Positions 37,159 through 48,124 of a stretch of 64,000 nt of DNA are shown here, piece by piece (position 1 is the stretch's first letter; each line of letters opens with the position of its first letter). Origin of the DNA: Dehalococcoidia bacterium (lineage in GTDB: Bacteria > Chloroflexota > Dehalococcoidia > Lucifugimonadales > UBA2962). The notes under the pieces were generated by a model. It ran no database searches. It saw only the letters and a list, made by a program, of their open reading frames with translations, and was not told the DNA's origin. The DNA is taken from the NCBI GenBank assembly GCA_965207145.1, contig OZ242262.1, positions 1,864,827 to 1,928,826 of the forward strand, read 5' to 3'. A program made the translations under genes and the position numbers.

Positions 37159-38862
37159 CTAGAGGCCTACGATGGCCCCGTCCTCGTCGACGTCCAGGGA
37201 GCGCGGTCTAGTCGGCAATCCAGGCATCGTGACTATGTTCCCCGCGATCGGGTATATGAACCCTGCGCCCACGGACGCCCGTACGTCGCTGACCTCAAAG
37301 GTGTAGCCAGAGGGACGGCCCTTGAGCGCCGCCCTGTGGCTGATCGAAAGATGCGTCTTGGCCATGCATACGGGCAAGTCTTCCCATCCCAGCTCGCGGA
37401 AGCGCCGCAGTTGCCTTCGTGCCGCCAGGCTCCAGGTTGCGTCAGCGGCGTTGTAGACCCTGCGAGCCAATGCAAGGACCTTGTCCTCCAGCGAGTCCGA
37501 CAGTTCGTATGCGTAGTCGATCACCGGGTCGCCCGTTGGTGAGGAGTCGTCGGTCGCAGCGATCAGCGCCTCTGCCAGGTCCCTGCACCCCGAACCCCCT
37601 TCGGTGTAGGGGCTGCTCTCGACAGTCGCGGCTGCGCCGGCGCGCTCGCTGCCCCGCTCGGCGATACGCAGCTCCTCGGGCGTGTCCGTGGGAAAGCGGT
37701 TCAGGGCGACAACCACGGGCAGTCCGAAAGAACGTATGACCCCGATAAGGTGGGTCAAGTTGTCTAAGCCCGCCTCAACTGCCGACGGATTGGGAGGATC
37801 CAGATCCCTGGCCTTTACCCCGCCGTGGTACTTTAGCGCCTTTATTGTGGCCACGATCACCGCACCCTGCGGATGCAGGCCTGAGGTGCGTGCCTTGATG
37901 TGCATGAACTTCTCGAATCCCAGGTCAGCGCCAAAGCCGGCCTCAGTGAGCACGTAGTCCGCATAGGAAAGCGCAAGACGGTCGCCGACCACAGAGCTGC
38001 ACCCATGGGCGATGTTGCCGAACGGACCCGTATGGACGATGACCGGCTGACCTTCCGTAGTCTGGACGAGATTGGGCAAGAGGGCGTGGCGAAGTAGCGA
38101 CATCATCGAGCCAACCGCGCCAACGTCGGCTGCGGTTACCGCCCGGCCGTCGTCGGCGAAACCGATCACGATCCGGCTAAGCCTTGCCCGGAGATCCTCA
38201 AGATCCGTGCTTAGTGCGAGTATCGCCATCACCTCGGAGGCGGTGACAATGTCGAAGCCCGTCTCCCTGACCGGAGCGTTGTTTACGCCACCAAGCCCCG
38301 TGGCAATTTGCCGTAGCGATCGCTCCTCCATGTCGGACACGCGTCGAAGGGTTATCCCTGCGGGCGACATGTCTGCCACCTGCCCTCGCTGTACGGCGTT
38401 GTCTGTAAGTGCGGCTAGCAGGTTGTGGGCTGAACCGACTGCATGAGCGTCACCGGTAAAGTGGACGTTCACTTCGTCTTCGGGCTCGATTCGAGACTTA
38501 CCGCCCCCGGTGCCACCACCCTTGATGCCGAAGATTGGTCCGAGGGAAGGCTCGCGCAGCGTGGTGACGACGTTGACACCCAGCTGCCCCATGCCCTGCG
38601 CAAGGCCCACGGCGGTGGTGGTCTTGCCTTCCCCGGCGGGCGTTGGAGTCATGCCGGTTATTACGATCAATTTGCCGCGTCGGCCGCCCTGTCCTATGGC
38701 GTCCAAGGGGATCTTTGCCTTGTGGTGGCCGTAGGGGATTAGAAGCTTGGGATCGACCCCCAGGGCCTTGGCGATCTCGGTTATTGGTCGCACGTTGGAA
38801 TTAACCCCTATATGTCGCGTGCCATCCGTCTTTAGCGTCGAAACGCGGCACGATTCTAGCAT
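37159..38862 (-). CDS. fhs: formate--tetrahydrofolate ligase
   Basis: TPTPAGEGKTTTAVGL P-loop and full-length FTHFS architecture. The start codon is possibly internal. Confidence 0.95.
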   Translation of the reverse strand: MLESCRVSTLKTDGTRHIGVNSNVRPITEIAKALGVDPKLLIPYGHHKAKIPLDAIGQGGRRGKLIVITGMTPTPAGEGKTTTAVGLAQGMGQLGVNVVTTLREPSLGPIFGIKGGGTGGGKSRIEPEDEVNVHFTGDAHAVGSAHNLLAALTDNAVQRGQVADMSPAGITLRRVSDMEERSLRQIATGLGGVNNAPVRETGFDIVTASEVMAILALSTDLEDLRARLSRIVIGFADDGRAVTAADVGAVGSMMSLLRHALLPNLVQTTEGQPVIVHTGPFGNIAHGCSSVVGDRLALSYADYVLTEAGFGADLGFEKFMHIKARTSGLHPQGAVIVATIKALKYHGGVKARDLDPPNPSAVEAGLDNLTHLIGVIRSFGLPVVVALNRFPTDTPEELRIAERGSERAGAAATVESSPYTEGGSGCRDLAEALIAATDDSSPTGDPVIDYAYELSDSLEDKVLALARRVYNAADATWSLAARRQLRRFRELGWEDLPVCMAKTHLSISHRAALKGRPSGYTFEVSDVRASVGAGFIYPIAGNIVTMPGLPTRPRSLDVDEDGAIVGL

Positions 38863-38904
38863 AGGGACCGCAGGGTTACTCTCCCTGGCTAACGAGGTCG
38901 TCGG

Positions 38905-39894
38905 TCAGGTTCTACAAGCCTGTTCCCCTGAGATTTCCGCCTCCTGCCTTCGCAGTTCAAGGAGCACTGGCTGAGTGCGACGTATCACGTCCGGACCCGA
39001 CATGGTCTTTCCCTGGCCCCGCGCCGCAGATATGAAGGCCCGAAAGCTCTCGCGCATTCCTACGAAACCCGCCTCCGGTCTTGTGCAGTCGGCCATCCCC
39101 GAATTCCAGTCGCCGCCTTGACGCCGCCACGCGTATTCTCCCGTAGTCAGGTCGGCCGTGGCCTCTCCTACGGCCCCGGTCAGCGTGAGTTTGAGGCCAA
39201 GAACGCTCGGGCCCTCAAAACTGAACGTCCAGGACGATCTGGCACCGGACTGATATGCAATTTCGGCTCGGCCGGTTACGACCAGGCCGTCTCCTCGGAT
39301 CTTGGAGGGAAGCATCTCTATGCGTTTGGCCGGACTCTCGACGAGGCTGTCCAGAAGGTCCACGTACCATGGCCCTAGGCCGGATATCATGCTTGACCTC
39401 TGATAATCGCTGGCCAGGAGCATTTCGTGCTGCAGGTGGCACGAGTGCAGCATGCCCAGCTCTGCTTCCTCACCGAACAGTCGGCGCAGAGCCTGAACTG
39501 CGGGCAGGTACCTGGGCTCCACGTCAACATGCAGGACGGCTGATCCAGACTCTGCGAGGGACAGCATCCTTTCGGTGTCCTCATCGCGGGCAAAGGGAGG
39601 TTCCACGAAGGTGTGCAGGCCTGCTCTTAGTGCCTCTGCGGCGGCCGCGGCATTGAGTTCAGATGTCAGGGCTATCAATACTGCGTCCACATCGCCTGCC
39701 TCGATCAGCTCTGAGTAGCCTGCAAAGAGCTTCACTTCCTCGCCCAACTGCTCTCGAGCGGCCGTCCGGGACCCTTCTGTTCGTGCGGCGACGCTCACGA
39801 CTTTTGCGTCCGTTATCTCGTCTATCAGTGGGAGGTAAGAGACGCGGGCCCAGTAGCCGAACCCCACCAGCCCGATCCGCATTGCATTGCTCAA
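38905..39894 (-). CDS. Gfo/Idh/MocA-family oxidoreductase
   Basis: MRIGLVGFGYWA Rossmann N-terminus and EPPFA motif. Confidence 0.8.
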   Translation of the reverse strand: MSNAMRIGLVGFGYWARVSYLPLIDEITDAKVVSVAARTEGSRTAAREQLGEEVKLFAGYSELIEAGDVDAVLIALTSELNAAAAAEALRAGLHTFVEPPFARDEDTERMLSLAESGSAVLHVDVEPRYLPAVQALRRLFGEEAELGMLHSCHLQHEMLLASDYQRSSMISGLGPWYVDLLDSLVESPAKRIEMLPSKIRGDGLVVTGRAEIAYQSGARSSWTFSFEGPSVLGLKLTLTGAVGEATADLTTGEYAWRRQGGDWNSGMADCTRPEAGFVGMRESFRAFISAARGQGKTMSGPDVIRRTQPVLLELRRQEAEISGEQACRT

Positions 39895-39898
39895 TGTC

Positions 39899-41245
39899 TC
39901 ACCTCAGCCCTCGCAAGTCTCTTTGGGTAAGAAGCATGGCAGCTGACGCCACCAATAGTAGGACCGCCATGGCACCGATCACCACCTGGCCGTCAAACTG
40001 CTCAATCGCGACTCCCACCGGCATAACGACTAGGGGTACCACGCCGAAGCTCATGAGATAGAGGCTCATCGTCCTGCCCCGGAATTCAGGATCCCCATGC
40101 TCCATCATCAGCGAGTGGGTTAGCGTGCGGCGCCCTGAATCCGCCACACCCAGGATCGCCATTAGCACCGCGGCGACCGCATAAATGGGTACCGCGGCCA
40201 CGGCAAGCAGCGCGGCTCCCGATGCCACGCTGGCCAGGATCAAGGCCATTCCTCGCCTCAGACCCCGCACCGCTGCCAGCGCGAGCGCCCCCACCAGCGA
40301 TCCGGCACCCATGATGCTTACCAGAATGCCCAGAGCCTCTGGCCCCCGCTCGTATACATCGACAACGAACACCGGCAAAACGAAGCGGAATGGGATCGCG
40401 AGCGAGGCGGTCACCAGAGTCAGGAGTAACAACAAGCGGATCAGGGGCGAGCGGCCGACATACTGTAGGCCTTCACCAATCTCCAGGAGAACCGAGCGAG
40501 CCTTGCGCCTGACTGGCTTCAGAGAGGGCAGTGCGCCGGTGAGAATCACGGAGATGCAGCCCAGACCCGCAATAACGAAAAAGACGACCTCAGGTCCGCT
40601 GAGGGCATAGAGCGCGCCTCCGATGCCCGGGGCTATCAAGAAGGTTGCACTTAGAAGCGCGCCGTTCAGTGCCACCGCATTGCCGAGTTGACGCCGGTCG
40701 ACCAGTTCCGGCACGCACGCCTGCCTTGCAGGCATGGTGAACGCGAAGACCGTGCCATAGGTAAAGCCCATCAGGATGAGATGGGACCAGTGGATGTGTC
40801 CGCTCCAGATCGCCAGTGCGACCAGCAGCGCGATAGCACCGGCGGTGATCTGTCCAATCTGCATGGCCCGCTTTCGATCGAATCGATCGGCGACGAACCC
40901 TCCGAAAGGTGACAGGACCAGCATCGGAACGGCCTGGGCTCCGTGCACGAAACCGAGCAGAGATGCCGAGCCCGTCAGGTCATACGCGAGGTAACCCATT
41001 GCTACAAAGGACATCTGCACGCCGCTCATGAAAGCGAGCATTCCAAGCCACATGTAGCGAAAATTCCTTTGCGACAGGGAAGAGAAGGTATGCCTCCACC
41101 ACGCCGGTGGACGTCGGCGACGCGGCCTCGCAGGCGCCGTGGGCGAGGCTCGGCCCGCCTTCAAGGAGAACTTCGATGCTGCGCTGGCTATCTGAGAGCG
41201 GTTGTCAGAGGGGGATCTAGGGGAGGCCGGTAAGTCCGAGTCCAT
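39899..41245 (-). CDS. MFS transporter
   Basis: About 12 predicted hydrophobic helices. GGFVADRFDRKR loop motif typical of MFS. The N-terminal 50 aa are possibly over-extended. Confidence 0.8.
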   Translation of the reverse strand: MDSDLPASPRSPSDNRSQIASAASKFSLKAGRASPTAPARPRRRRPPAWWRHTFSSLSQRNFRYMWLGMLAFMSGVQMSFVAMGYLAYDLTGSASLLGFVHGAQAVPMLVLSPFGGFVADRFDRKRAMQIGQITAGAIALLVALAIWSGHIHWSHLILMGFTYGTVFAFTMPARQACVPELVDRRQLGNAVALNGALLSATFLIAPGIGGALYALSGPEVVFFVIAGLGCISVILTGALPSLKPVRRKARSVLLEIGEGLQYVGRSPLIRLLLLLTLVTASLAIPFRFVLPVFVVDVYERGPEALGILVSIMGAGSLVGALALAAVRGLRRGMALILASVASGAALLAVAAVPIYAVAAVLMAILGVADSGRRTLTHSLMMEHGDPEFRGRTMSLYLMSFGVVPLVVMPVGVAIEQFDGQVVIGAMAVLLLVASAAMLLTQRDLRGLR

Positions 41246-41607
41246 TCATGCCAATATAGGCTCGGCCTACAACGTCGGGCAAGGAAGGATTGGGGCCCCC
41301 TTTAAGAGCCTTTCAGATTCTGCATTCGGAGCATGTAGGCTCCCGAATACTTGGGAAGGCCGACTGACGAACGCTCCATGCTGCCCAAGAGTTCGTCTTA
41401 GAGGCGCTGTTCACGAGAGGGAAACAGAGTCTGGTCCACGCGAAATCGGCCGCCAGAAGAATAGGGGTCCGGGCCACGAGGTGCGCTCACCCCACCTGGG
41501 CTTGGCCCAGGCAGGTAGGCCCTCGCGGGTGTTCGGCCCGGACCCGCTCCGCTAACTCTGCACCGCACTGCCAAGGCGCCGCGGTGCCCTGATGGTACCA
41601 TAGCGCG

Positions 41608-42684
41608 ATGGGCAGCACTTTCGGGAACATCTTTCGCTCAACCACGTGGGGAGAGTCTCATGGCGGTGCCGTTGGTGTGGTCGTCGATGGCTGTCCCCCC
41701 AACCTGGAACTGGATGTCTCGGATGTTCAGGCGGAGCTGGACCGTCGACGCCCAGGGCAGAGCGAAATTACCACCCAACGTCGAGAAGATGACCGCGCCG
41801 AGATACTTTCCGGTCTGTTTGAGGGCCGCACCCTTGGCACTCCGATTCTGATCGTGGTGCGAAACAAAGACGCGAGGGCCAAGGACTACGAGCACATCAG
41901 GTCGGTCTTCCGGCCATCGCACGCAGACTATACCTATCATGCCAAGTACGGCATCCGAAACTGGCAGGGAGGTGGGCGAGCGAGCGCCAGGGAGACGGTC
42001 GGCCGTGTTGCTGCAGGGGCTATCGCGTCAAAGATACTGGCCGAAGCGGGGATGGAGGTTATCGCCTACGTTAAGAAGGTCTGGACCATGGAGGTAGATG
42101 TAGATCCCGACACCGTCCAGCGTCGAGAGGTCGAGGCCAACGTGGCGCGAGTGCCTGACCCGGACATGGCCGAGAAGATCATTGGACGCATAAAGCAGGC
42201 CCGCAAGGAAGGGGACTCTTTGGGGGGCGTCGTCGAGGCCGTGGCACGTGGCGTCCCACCCGGTCTCGGGGAGCCCGTCTTCGACAAGCTAGAAGCCGAC
42301 CTTGCGCGGGGCCTTCTGTCATTGCCGGCATGTAAGGGATTCGAGATAGGCTCGGGGTTTGCCGGCACCGAGATGACAGGATCTGCGCACAATGATCCCT
42401 TCTACAGCGAAGGTGGCCGGATACGCACGCGCACCAACCGGTCAGGTGGGGTTCAGGGCGGAATCTCCACCGGGGAAAACATCGTGGTGCGTGCGGGCTT
42501 TAAGCCTACAGCCACCATAGCCGTGGAGCAGGACACCGTTGACGAGCATGGCAACGCCGTCACGATTTCCGGCCGGGGTCGCCACGACCCTTGCGTGCTT
42601 CCCAGGGCGGTTCCGATGGTCGAGGCGATGGTAGCGCTCGTGCTATGCGACCACCTGTTGATGCAAAGGGCGGTCCGACCCTAA
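41608..42684 (+). CDS. aroC: chorismate synthase
   Basis: [44 protein letters not shown]. Confidence 0.95.
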   Translation: MGSTFGNIFRSTTWGESHGGAVGVVVDGCPPNLELDVSDVQAELDRRRPGQSEITTQRREDDRAEILSGLFEGRTLGTPILIVVRNKDARAKDYEHIRSVFRPSHADYTYHAKYGIRNWQGGGRASARETVGRVAAGAIASKILAEAGMEVIAYVKKVWTMEVDVDPDTVQRREVEANVARVPDPDMAEKIIGRIKQARKEGDSLGGVVEAVARGVPPGLGEPVFDKLEADLARGLLSLPACKGFEIGSGFAGTEMTGSAHNDPFYSEGGRIRTRTNRSGGVQGGISTGENIVVRAGFKPTATIAVEQDTVDEHGNAVTISGRGRHDPCVLPRAVPMVEAMVALVLCDHLLMQRAVRP

Positions 42685-42779
42685 AACACCCCAGGACCCG
42701 CCCGAACGCGCCGATGAGAGTGTAATCCCGCCGCTGGATGGCCCTGTAGAAACGGGCCTTTGGTGGCGGGAAGGTGCAT

Positions 42780-43562
42780 CTACACGACCGGTGACATTCC
42801 TCCGTCGATGTTCACGGCCGTGCCGGTTATGTAGGCTGCTCGGTCGGATGCCAAGAACGCTATGAGATCGGCCGCCTCGGTCGCTTCTCCGACCCTGCCA
42901 AGCGGCACGCCAGAACCCAGTTCTTCGTACCACTCGTCCAGGGTCAACTGCCTGCCGGAGTCCCGCCACCAGCGCTCATGCTGAGCGCTCTTGATCAGCC
43001 CGATGCAGACCGTGTTTACGGTGATCCGGTCGGCAGCATAGTCGAGGGACATAGCCTTGGTCAGTGCGATGCCCGCGGCGCGGCTCACGGAGGTCGGGAC
43101 ACTTCCGCCTCTAGGCGCCTTGCCGGCTGGCGTGGTGATGTTGATTATCCGTCCGCCGCCCTGCCTACGCATGTGAGCTGCGGCTGCTCGTGCACCTAGG
43201 ACTGCGCCCATCAGCTTTAGGTCGAGATCCTCCCTCCACACTCCGTCGCTGACGGCGTCGACGTGACCAGCCGCGGACTTTCCCGCATTGCTGACGAGTA
43301 TGTCCAGGCGGCCGAAGGCGGCCGCCGCCTCGTCGACGGCCGACTTGATCTGATCGGGCTCTGTCACGTCTCCTGGCAGGGCGAGCACCTCCCTGCCGGT
43401 CGAAGCCGCTATCTCACGGGCTGCTGACCGCAGGTGATCGGATCGACGGGCGGTGATGCCAACTGATGCCCCCTCGACCGCTAGCCGGTGGGCTGTAGCC
43501 TTACCTATCCCGTCGCTGCCGCCGGTCACCAGGGCGGCTCTTCCACTTAGACCTAAGTTCAT
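42780..43562 (-). CDS. SDR-family oxidoreductase
   Basis: ALVTGGSDGIGKA. The start is taken at ATG 43562 (MNLGLSGR). The tracked ORF extends to 43643. Confidence 0.85.
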   Translation of the reverse strand: MNLGLSGRAALVTGGSDGIGKATAHRLAVEGASVGITARRSDHLRSAAREIAASTGREVLALPGDVTEPDQIKSAVDEAAAAFGRLDILVSNAGKSAAGHVDAVSDGVWREDLDLKLMGAVLGARAAAAHMRRQGGGRIINITTPAGKAPRGGSVPTSVSRAAGIALTKAMSLDYAADRITVNTVCIGLIKSAQHERWWRDSGRQLTLDEWYEELGSGVPLGRVGEATEAADLIAFLASDRAAYITGTAVNIDGGMSPVV

Positions 43563-45003
43563 GTCTCTCTCCCTCCCAGCCCGAATCGCCGTCGTGTGAC
43601 TTTCTGGTGGGTCGTACCTTAACGCCAGCCATCCTCTCTGCAAGGTACGCCTCGTCGAGTAGATCGGTAACGTACCTGACCTCGATCCGGGCGTTGTCGC
43701 GTTCGCTCCCGTACTGGAGCTGCATCATGCAGCCCGGGTTACCCGTAGCCACGACGGTGGCACCGGTGCCTTCAATCGATGCCATCTTGTCGTCCAGGAG
43801 CCGGAGGGACATGTCCCTCTGGGTGATCGTGTATGTCCCGCCGGCGCCGCAACAGCGAGTCGAGTCAGTCATTTCGACCAGGCGAATTCCCGGGATCGAT
43901 TCAATAAGGGCACGAGGCTGTCCTCGCACTCCCTGGGTGTGGGACAGATGGCAGGCGTCCTGATAGGTGACCGTGTAGTCGAGAGTGCCCTTTGGAGGCT
44001 CGATTGGCAGGTCGCTAAGAAACTCGTGAACGTCGAGTACCTTCTCGGAAAGATCTCTCGCCTTCTGGGCGTACATCTGGTCATCACAGAGGAGTTCAAC
44101 GTATTCCTTCATCCTGGTTCCGCAACCTGCTGAAGCGGTGACGACGGCGTCGACGGGTAGCGCCAGGAATGCGTCCACATTGCGGCGGGCCAGATCGCGC
44201 GCTCGTTCGATGTCGCCGACGTGCGTGTGAATTGCCCCGCAGCATACCTGCGACTCGGGTACGATCACCTCCACGCCGTTGCGGTTCAGGACCCTCACAA
44301 CCCCGCGCATCTGCGGGCCGTGTATCAGCGGCATCACACATCCCGAAAGCAGTGCCACCGATGCGCGCGGCTGGCCTTGAGCTTGGTATGTCTGGCCTTC
44401 GGCGCCGAAGAAAGTGTCCGGTGTGTCAGGCAGGGAACGCTCCAGCTCGGCGATTTTGCCGGGGATCAGCTCCAGGAGCCTTGACAGCCGGAGGACGCGC
44501 TGTATTCCAGATCGCTGATACAACCTTAGAGTTCCCACCACGCCGGTCAGGGCGCTCTGGTCGGGGAGGATTTTCCCGATCACCAGCCAAGATAAGAAAC
44601 GGCCCAGAAGGGAGACCCTTCTCCTTCTCTCCACCTGCACCATGGTCTTTTCGATGAGTCGTCCGTAGGGCACTCCCGATGGGCAGACATCCTCGCAGGC
44701 TCGGCACTGGATGCACATGTCCCAGTGGCTGTAGACGTCTTGTCCGATCCCCAACCGTCCTTCGTTGACCGCCTTCATAAGCGCTATTCGGCCCCTGGGA
44801 GATTCGGTCTCCAGGCCGGTCTGTAGGTAGGTGGGGCAGGCCTGAAGGCAAAAGCCGCAGTGGACGCACTTGTAGAGATCCTCCTCTGCGGGCGCGTCGT
44901 GCGCGTCGAAACCGGGGGCAGGCGTAACAGGGCTCAGGGAATGAGAGGGGTGAGAATTGACCTCGGTCACGGGCCCCGCCGATGTTCGTTCATCAGATCC
45001 CAC
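43501..45003 (-). CDS. glcF: glycolate oxidase iron-sulfur subunit (CCG-domain Fe-S protein)
   Basis: CVHCGFCLQACPTY and CIQCRACEDVCPSG ferredoxin motifs plus two CCG-type Cys-rich domains. Confidence 0.85.
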   Translation of the reverse strand: MGSDERTSAGPVTEVNSHPSHSLSPVTPAPGFDAHDAPAEEDLYKCVHCGFCLQACPTYLQTGLETESPRGRIALMKAVNEGRLGIGQDVYSHWDMCIQCRACEDVCPSGVPYGRLIEKTMVQVERRRRVSLLGRFLSWLVIGKILPDQSALTGVVGTLRLYQRSGIQRVLRLSRLLELIPGKIAELERSLPDTPDTFFGAEGQTYQAQGQPRASVALLSGCVMPLIHGPQMRGVVRVLNRNGVEVIVPESQVCCGAIHTHVGDIERARDLARRNVDAFLALPVDAVVTASAGCGTRMKEYVELLCDDQMYAQKARDLSEKVLDVHEFLSDLPIEPPKGTLDYTVTYQDACHLSHTQGVRGQPRALIESIPGIRLVEMTDSTRCCGAGGTYTITQRDMSLRLLDDKMASIEGTGATVVATGNPGCMMQLQYGSERDNARIEVRYVTDLLDEAYLAERMAGVKVRPTRKSHDGDSGWEGERHELRSKWKSRPGDRRQRRDR

Positions 45004-46354
45004 CGACGAACCGTCCGGGGTTGAGCGTGCAATTCGGGTCGTACAGATCCTTGAGCCGTCTCATTATCGCCATCGCCTCGCCCCCTCCGTCCCATACGTC
45101 GATACTTTGCTTGGCCTTGACGGGAGCCTGTTCTAGCACAGCGGTACCCCGGCGCTGCCTGGTGAGCTTGCGAGCATCGGCGATAACCTGGGCCAAGGCC
45201 CCTAGGTTGATTGACTCCCCAGGGCAGTAAAGGTGGACCAGCACGGTGCCGGAGGGAACGTGCGTCACTAGGGCGGGCATAAGGCCGCGCGCTGCGGCAG
45301 CGCTCTCAAGCGATGCGAGCACTTCGCCAGCGATGGCCGGCGGAAGGGAGATCCTGACTGAGGCGGCTGGCCTTGTCGATTCGTCCCATCCAAAATCGGC
45401 CACCGCGCGCCATATTCGCTCGTGCTCGGCGCCGTCGAGGCGATCCAATTCCAGGGTATCGTGGTGTCCGCAGGCAGCTGTGGCCTCGTCGATCATGCGC
45501 TCTAGCGTGCGAGGCCGCCCGTGCAACCTAACCGCCAGGTGGTGGCTCCCCTTTCGGATCAGGTTGAGCCTTTGCGCTGCGACCGGGCTCAGCAGAGTCA
45601 TGGCTAGGGGCGAACTCCGACCGTGGAACACCGACATTCCGGCCTCGAAGGCATCGCCCGGTCTTCGGAAGGAAGCAAGGATAGTGGCCTGCCCGGCCGG
45701 CAGGGGAGTTAGTTTGAACGATACCTCGGCGACGATCCCAAGCGTACCAAGCCCGCCGATGTGGAGTCGGGACATGTCATAGCCGCTTACGTTCTTTACG
45801 ACCTGTCCTCCGCTCTTCGTCAGGTCGCCATTTGGCGAGGCCACCTTCATGCCGATCACGATGTCGCGGAGCCCCCAACCTTGCCATCTCAGTGGCCCGG
45901 AGTTTCCTATTGCCAATGTTCCTCCGACGGTCGCCTGATCGGGTAGGGGAGGGTCGATAGCTACAAACTGGCCGTGCTCGGCAAGAGACTCCTGCAGCGA
46001 CGAAACGGTAATCCCGGCCTCAACTGTGGCCGTGAGGTCGGCCTGGTTGTGAGAGATCGGGCTCCTGAGGCGGCTAGTACTAATGGCGACGTCGTAACGG
46101 GCCGGAATCTTGCCGATCTTGGTCCGCGTGAGACCCCCGACGGGCGAGACGGACAGGCGCTCGCCGTTGCAGGTCGCCAGTGCTGCGCATAGGGCTTCAA
46201 TGGTATCGGGGGCGAAGACCGCTTCCGGCGTCAGTCCGTCAATCTCGTGGTCAGATAGGGGCTCGGTGACAGACCCATCGGCAAGTCCCTGCAAGATCGT
46301 TTGAGGTCTTGCGCCGCCGGCGGAGTTTGATTCCGACTCAGCCACGTCCGTCAT
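44993..46354 (-). CDS. glcE: glycolate oxidase FAD-binding subunit
   Basis: PCMH-type FAD-binding domain. It lies between and overlaps glcD and glcF. Confidence 0.8.
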   Translation of the reverse strand: MTDVAESESNSAGGARPQTILQGLADGSVTEPLSDHEIDGLTPEAVFAPDTIEALCAALATCNGERLSVSPVGGLTRTKIGKIPARYDVAISTSRLRSPISHNQADLTATVEAGITVSSLQESLAEHGQFVAIDPPLPDQATVGGTLAIGNSGPLRWQGWGLRDIVIGMKVASPNGDLTKSGGQVVKNVSGYDMSRLHIGGLGTLGIVAEVSFKLTPLPAGQATILASFRRPGDAFEAGMSVFHGRSSPLAMTLLSPVAAQRLNLIRKGSHHLAVRLHGRPRTLERMIDEATAACGHHDTLELDRLDGAEHERIWRAVADFGWDESTRPAASVRISLPPAIAGEVLASLESAAAARGLMPALVTHVPSGTVLVHLYCPGESINLGALAQVIADARKLTRQRRGTAVLEQAPVKAKQSIDVWDGGGEAMAIMRRLKDLYDPNCTLNPGRFVGGI

Positions 46355-47805
46355 ATGTAGGCTCCGGTGCCCGCCCGGGCAACAGGCCCGACCTGAGTCA
46401 ACTCATTTGCTGCCGATCCCTGGGGGAAGATCTTGCCCGGGTTGAGAGCATCCCGGGTGTCGAACGCCGGCTTTAGCTTTGCCATCGTCCGCATGTCCTC
46501 GTCGCTAAACATGTACGGCATGTACTCCCTCTTCTCAATGCCTATACCGTGCTCTCCGGACAGAACGCCTCCCTCATCGACGCACAGTTTCAATATCTGT
46601 CCGCCTATCTCAAGTACCCGTTTCGTCTCGCCGGGCTTGCGCTCGTCGAAAAGGATCGACGGATGCAGGTTGCCATCGCCCGCATGCAGTACATTGGCAA
46701 TTGGAAATCCGGATTCCGCCGAGATTTCCTTGATTCGCGCCATCACTTCCACCAGTCTCGTGGGAGGTATCGTGCCGTCAATGAGGTAGTAATTGGGTGC
46801 AAGTCTGCCTAAAGCCCCCAATGCCCCCTTGCGGCCTGCCCACAACCGTTGGCGCTCATCCGCGTCCCTGGCGGTTCTGATCTCCATCGGCGAATGCCGC
46901 TCCATGACAGACTCGATTAACTCCGACTCCTCTTCCACGGACTCGGCCAAACCGTCCACTTCGACCAGCAGCACCGCGCCCGCTTCGGCAGGGTATCCAG
47001 CATTGACTGCAGGTTCGACCGCTGCAATGGCCAGATCGTCCATCATCTCCATGGCTGCCGGCACGATGCCCGACCCGATGACGTCTGACACCGCGGAGCT
47101 GGCATCGTCTAGTTCCCTGTAGACAGCCAACATCGTCTTGACCGCCTCGGGGCGCCCTAGCAACCTCACAATGACCTTAGTCACCAGGGCCAGCGTGCCT
47201 TCCGATCCGATCAAGATACCTCGGAGGTCGTAGCCGGGAGTCTCGGACGACCGGCCGCCTAGCCAGACCACCGTGCCGTCCGCGAGCACAGCCTCCAACC
47301 CCAGCACGTGGTTGGTGGTGACTCCGTAAGCAAGGCAGTGGGGTCCGCCCGAGTTTTCCGCGACGTTGCCGCCGATCGTACACGCCTGTTGGCTTGAAGG
47401 ATCTGGCGCATAGTAGAGGTCGTGTTCCGCGGCGGCCAGCGTTAGGTCCAAGTTGACGACACCCGGATCTACGACGGCGAGCCGGTTGGCCGGGTCAATC
47501 TCCACGATCCGGTTCATCCTGGTTAGAGGAACCACCAGACTGCCTTGCTCGGGAACAGAACCGCCGCTTAGTCCGGTGCCGGCGCCGCGAGCGACTATCG
47601 TCGCGCCGTGGTCTCTGGCGGCCTTCATAACCTGCGACACTTCCGCCGTGCATGCCGGCAGCACCACCGCCGAGGGTAGCGCCCGGTCTACGGAACCGTC
47701 GTACTCAAAGGCGATGAGGCCAGCCGGATCATCCACGACGTAGGCGTCGCCGACGATGCGCCTGAGTTGGTCAATCAGAGATTTGTCGCTCATGGTTTTC
47801 GGCAC
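46351..47805 (-). CDS. glcD: glycolate oxidase / FAD-linked oxidase subunit
   Basis: ARGAGTGLSGG, plus the FAD_binding_4 and FAD-oxidase_C architecture. Confidence 0.9.
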   Translation of the reverse strand: MPKTMSDKSLIDQLRRIVGDAYVVDDPAGLIAFEYDGSVDRALPSAVVLPACTAEVSQVMKAARDHGATIVARGAGTGLSGGSVPEQGSLVVPLTRMNRIVEIDPANRLAVVDPGVVNLDLTLAAAEHDLYYAPDPSSQQACTIGGNVAENSGGPHCLAYGVTTNHVLGLEAVLADGTVVWLGGRSSETPGYDLRGILIGSEGTLALVTKVIVRLLGRPEAVKTMLAVYRELDDASSAVSDVIGSGIVPAAMEMMDDLAIAAVEPAVNAGYPAEAGAVLLVEVDGLAESVEEESELIESVMERHSPMEIRTARDADERQRLWAGRKGALGALGRLAPNYYLIDGTIPPTRLVEVMARIKEISAESGFPIANVLHAGDGNLHPSILFDERKPGETKRVLEIGGQILKLCVDEGGVLSGEHGIGIEKREYMPYMFSDEDMRTMAKLKPAFDTRDALNPGKIFPQGSAANELTQVGPVARAGTGAYI

Positions 47806-48124
47806 TACGAGAGGCCACGATCATGATATTTGCAGCCTCCACGAGGTCGCAATCGCGAGAGCGAGGATGGGTCGTCTTGTCGCAGCTCCGACTCAGCTAG
47901 CTCGACCAGACGAGAGTCGTGGGGCCACACTTGGCTGCATGCCCTGAGCGCAACCTGTGGACACCCACTCAGGCTCCCGAAGTAGGCGAACCTTCGATGA
48001 GGTTGTCCATGTGCCAGTCAAGCTGCGTCCGCCGCCATCTAGTGATGGTGGTTGCGTGTCGCGCCGATGCTCAAGCGGTTGACCGGTTCAGCCAAGGCAT
48101 ACCCCGAACTAGGCAGGTCATCAA

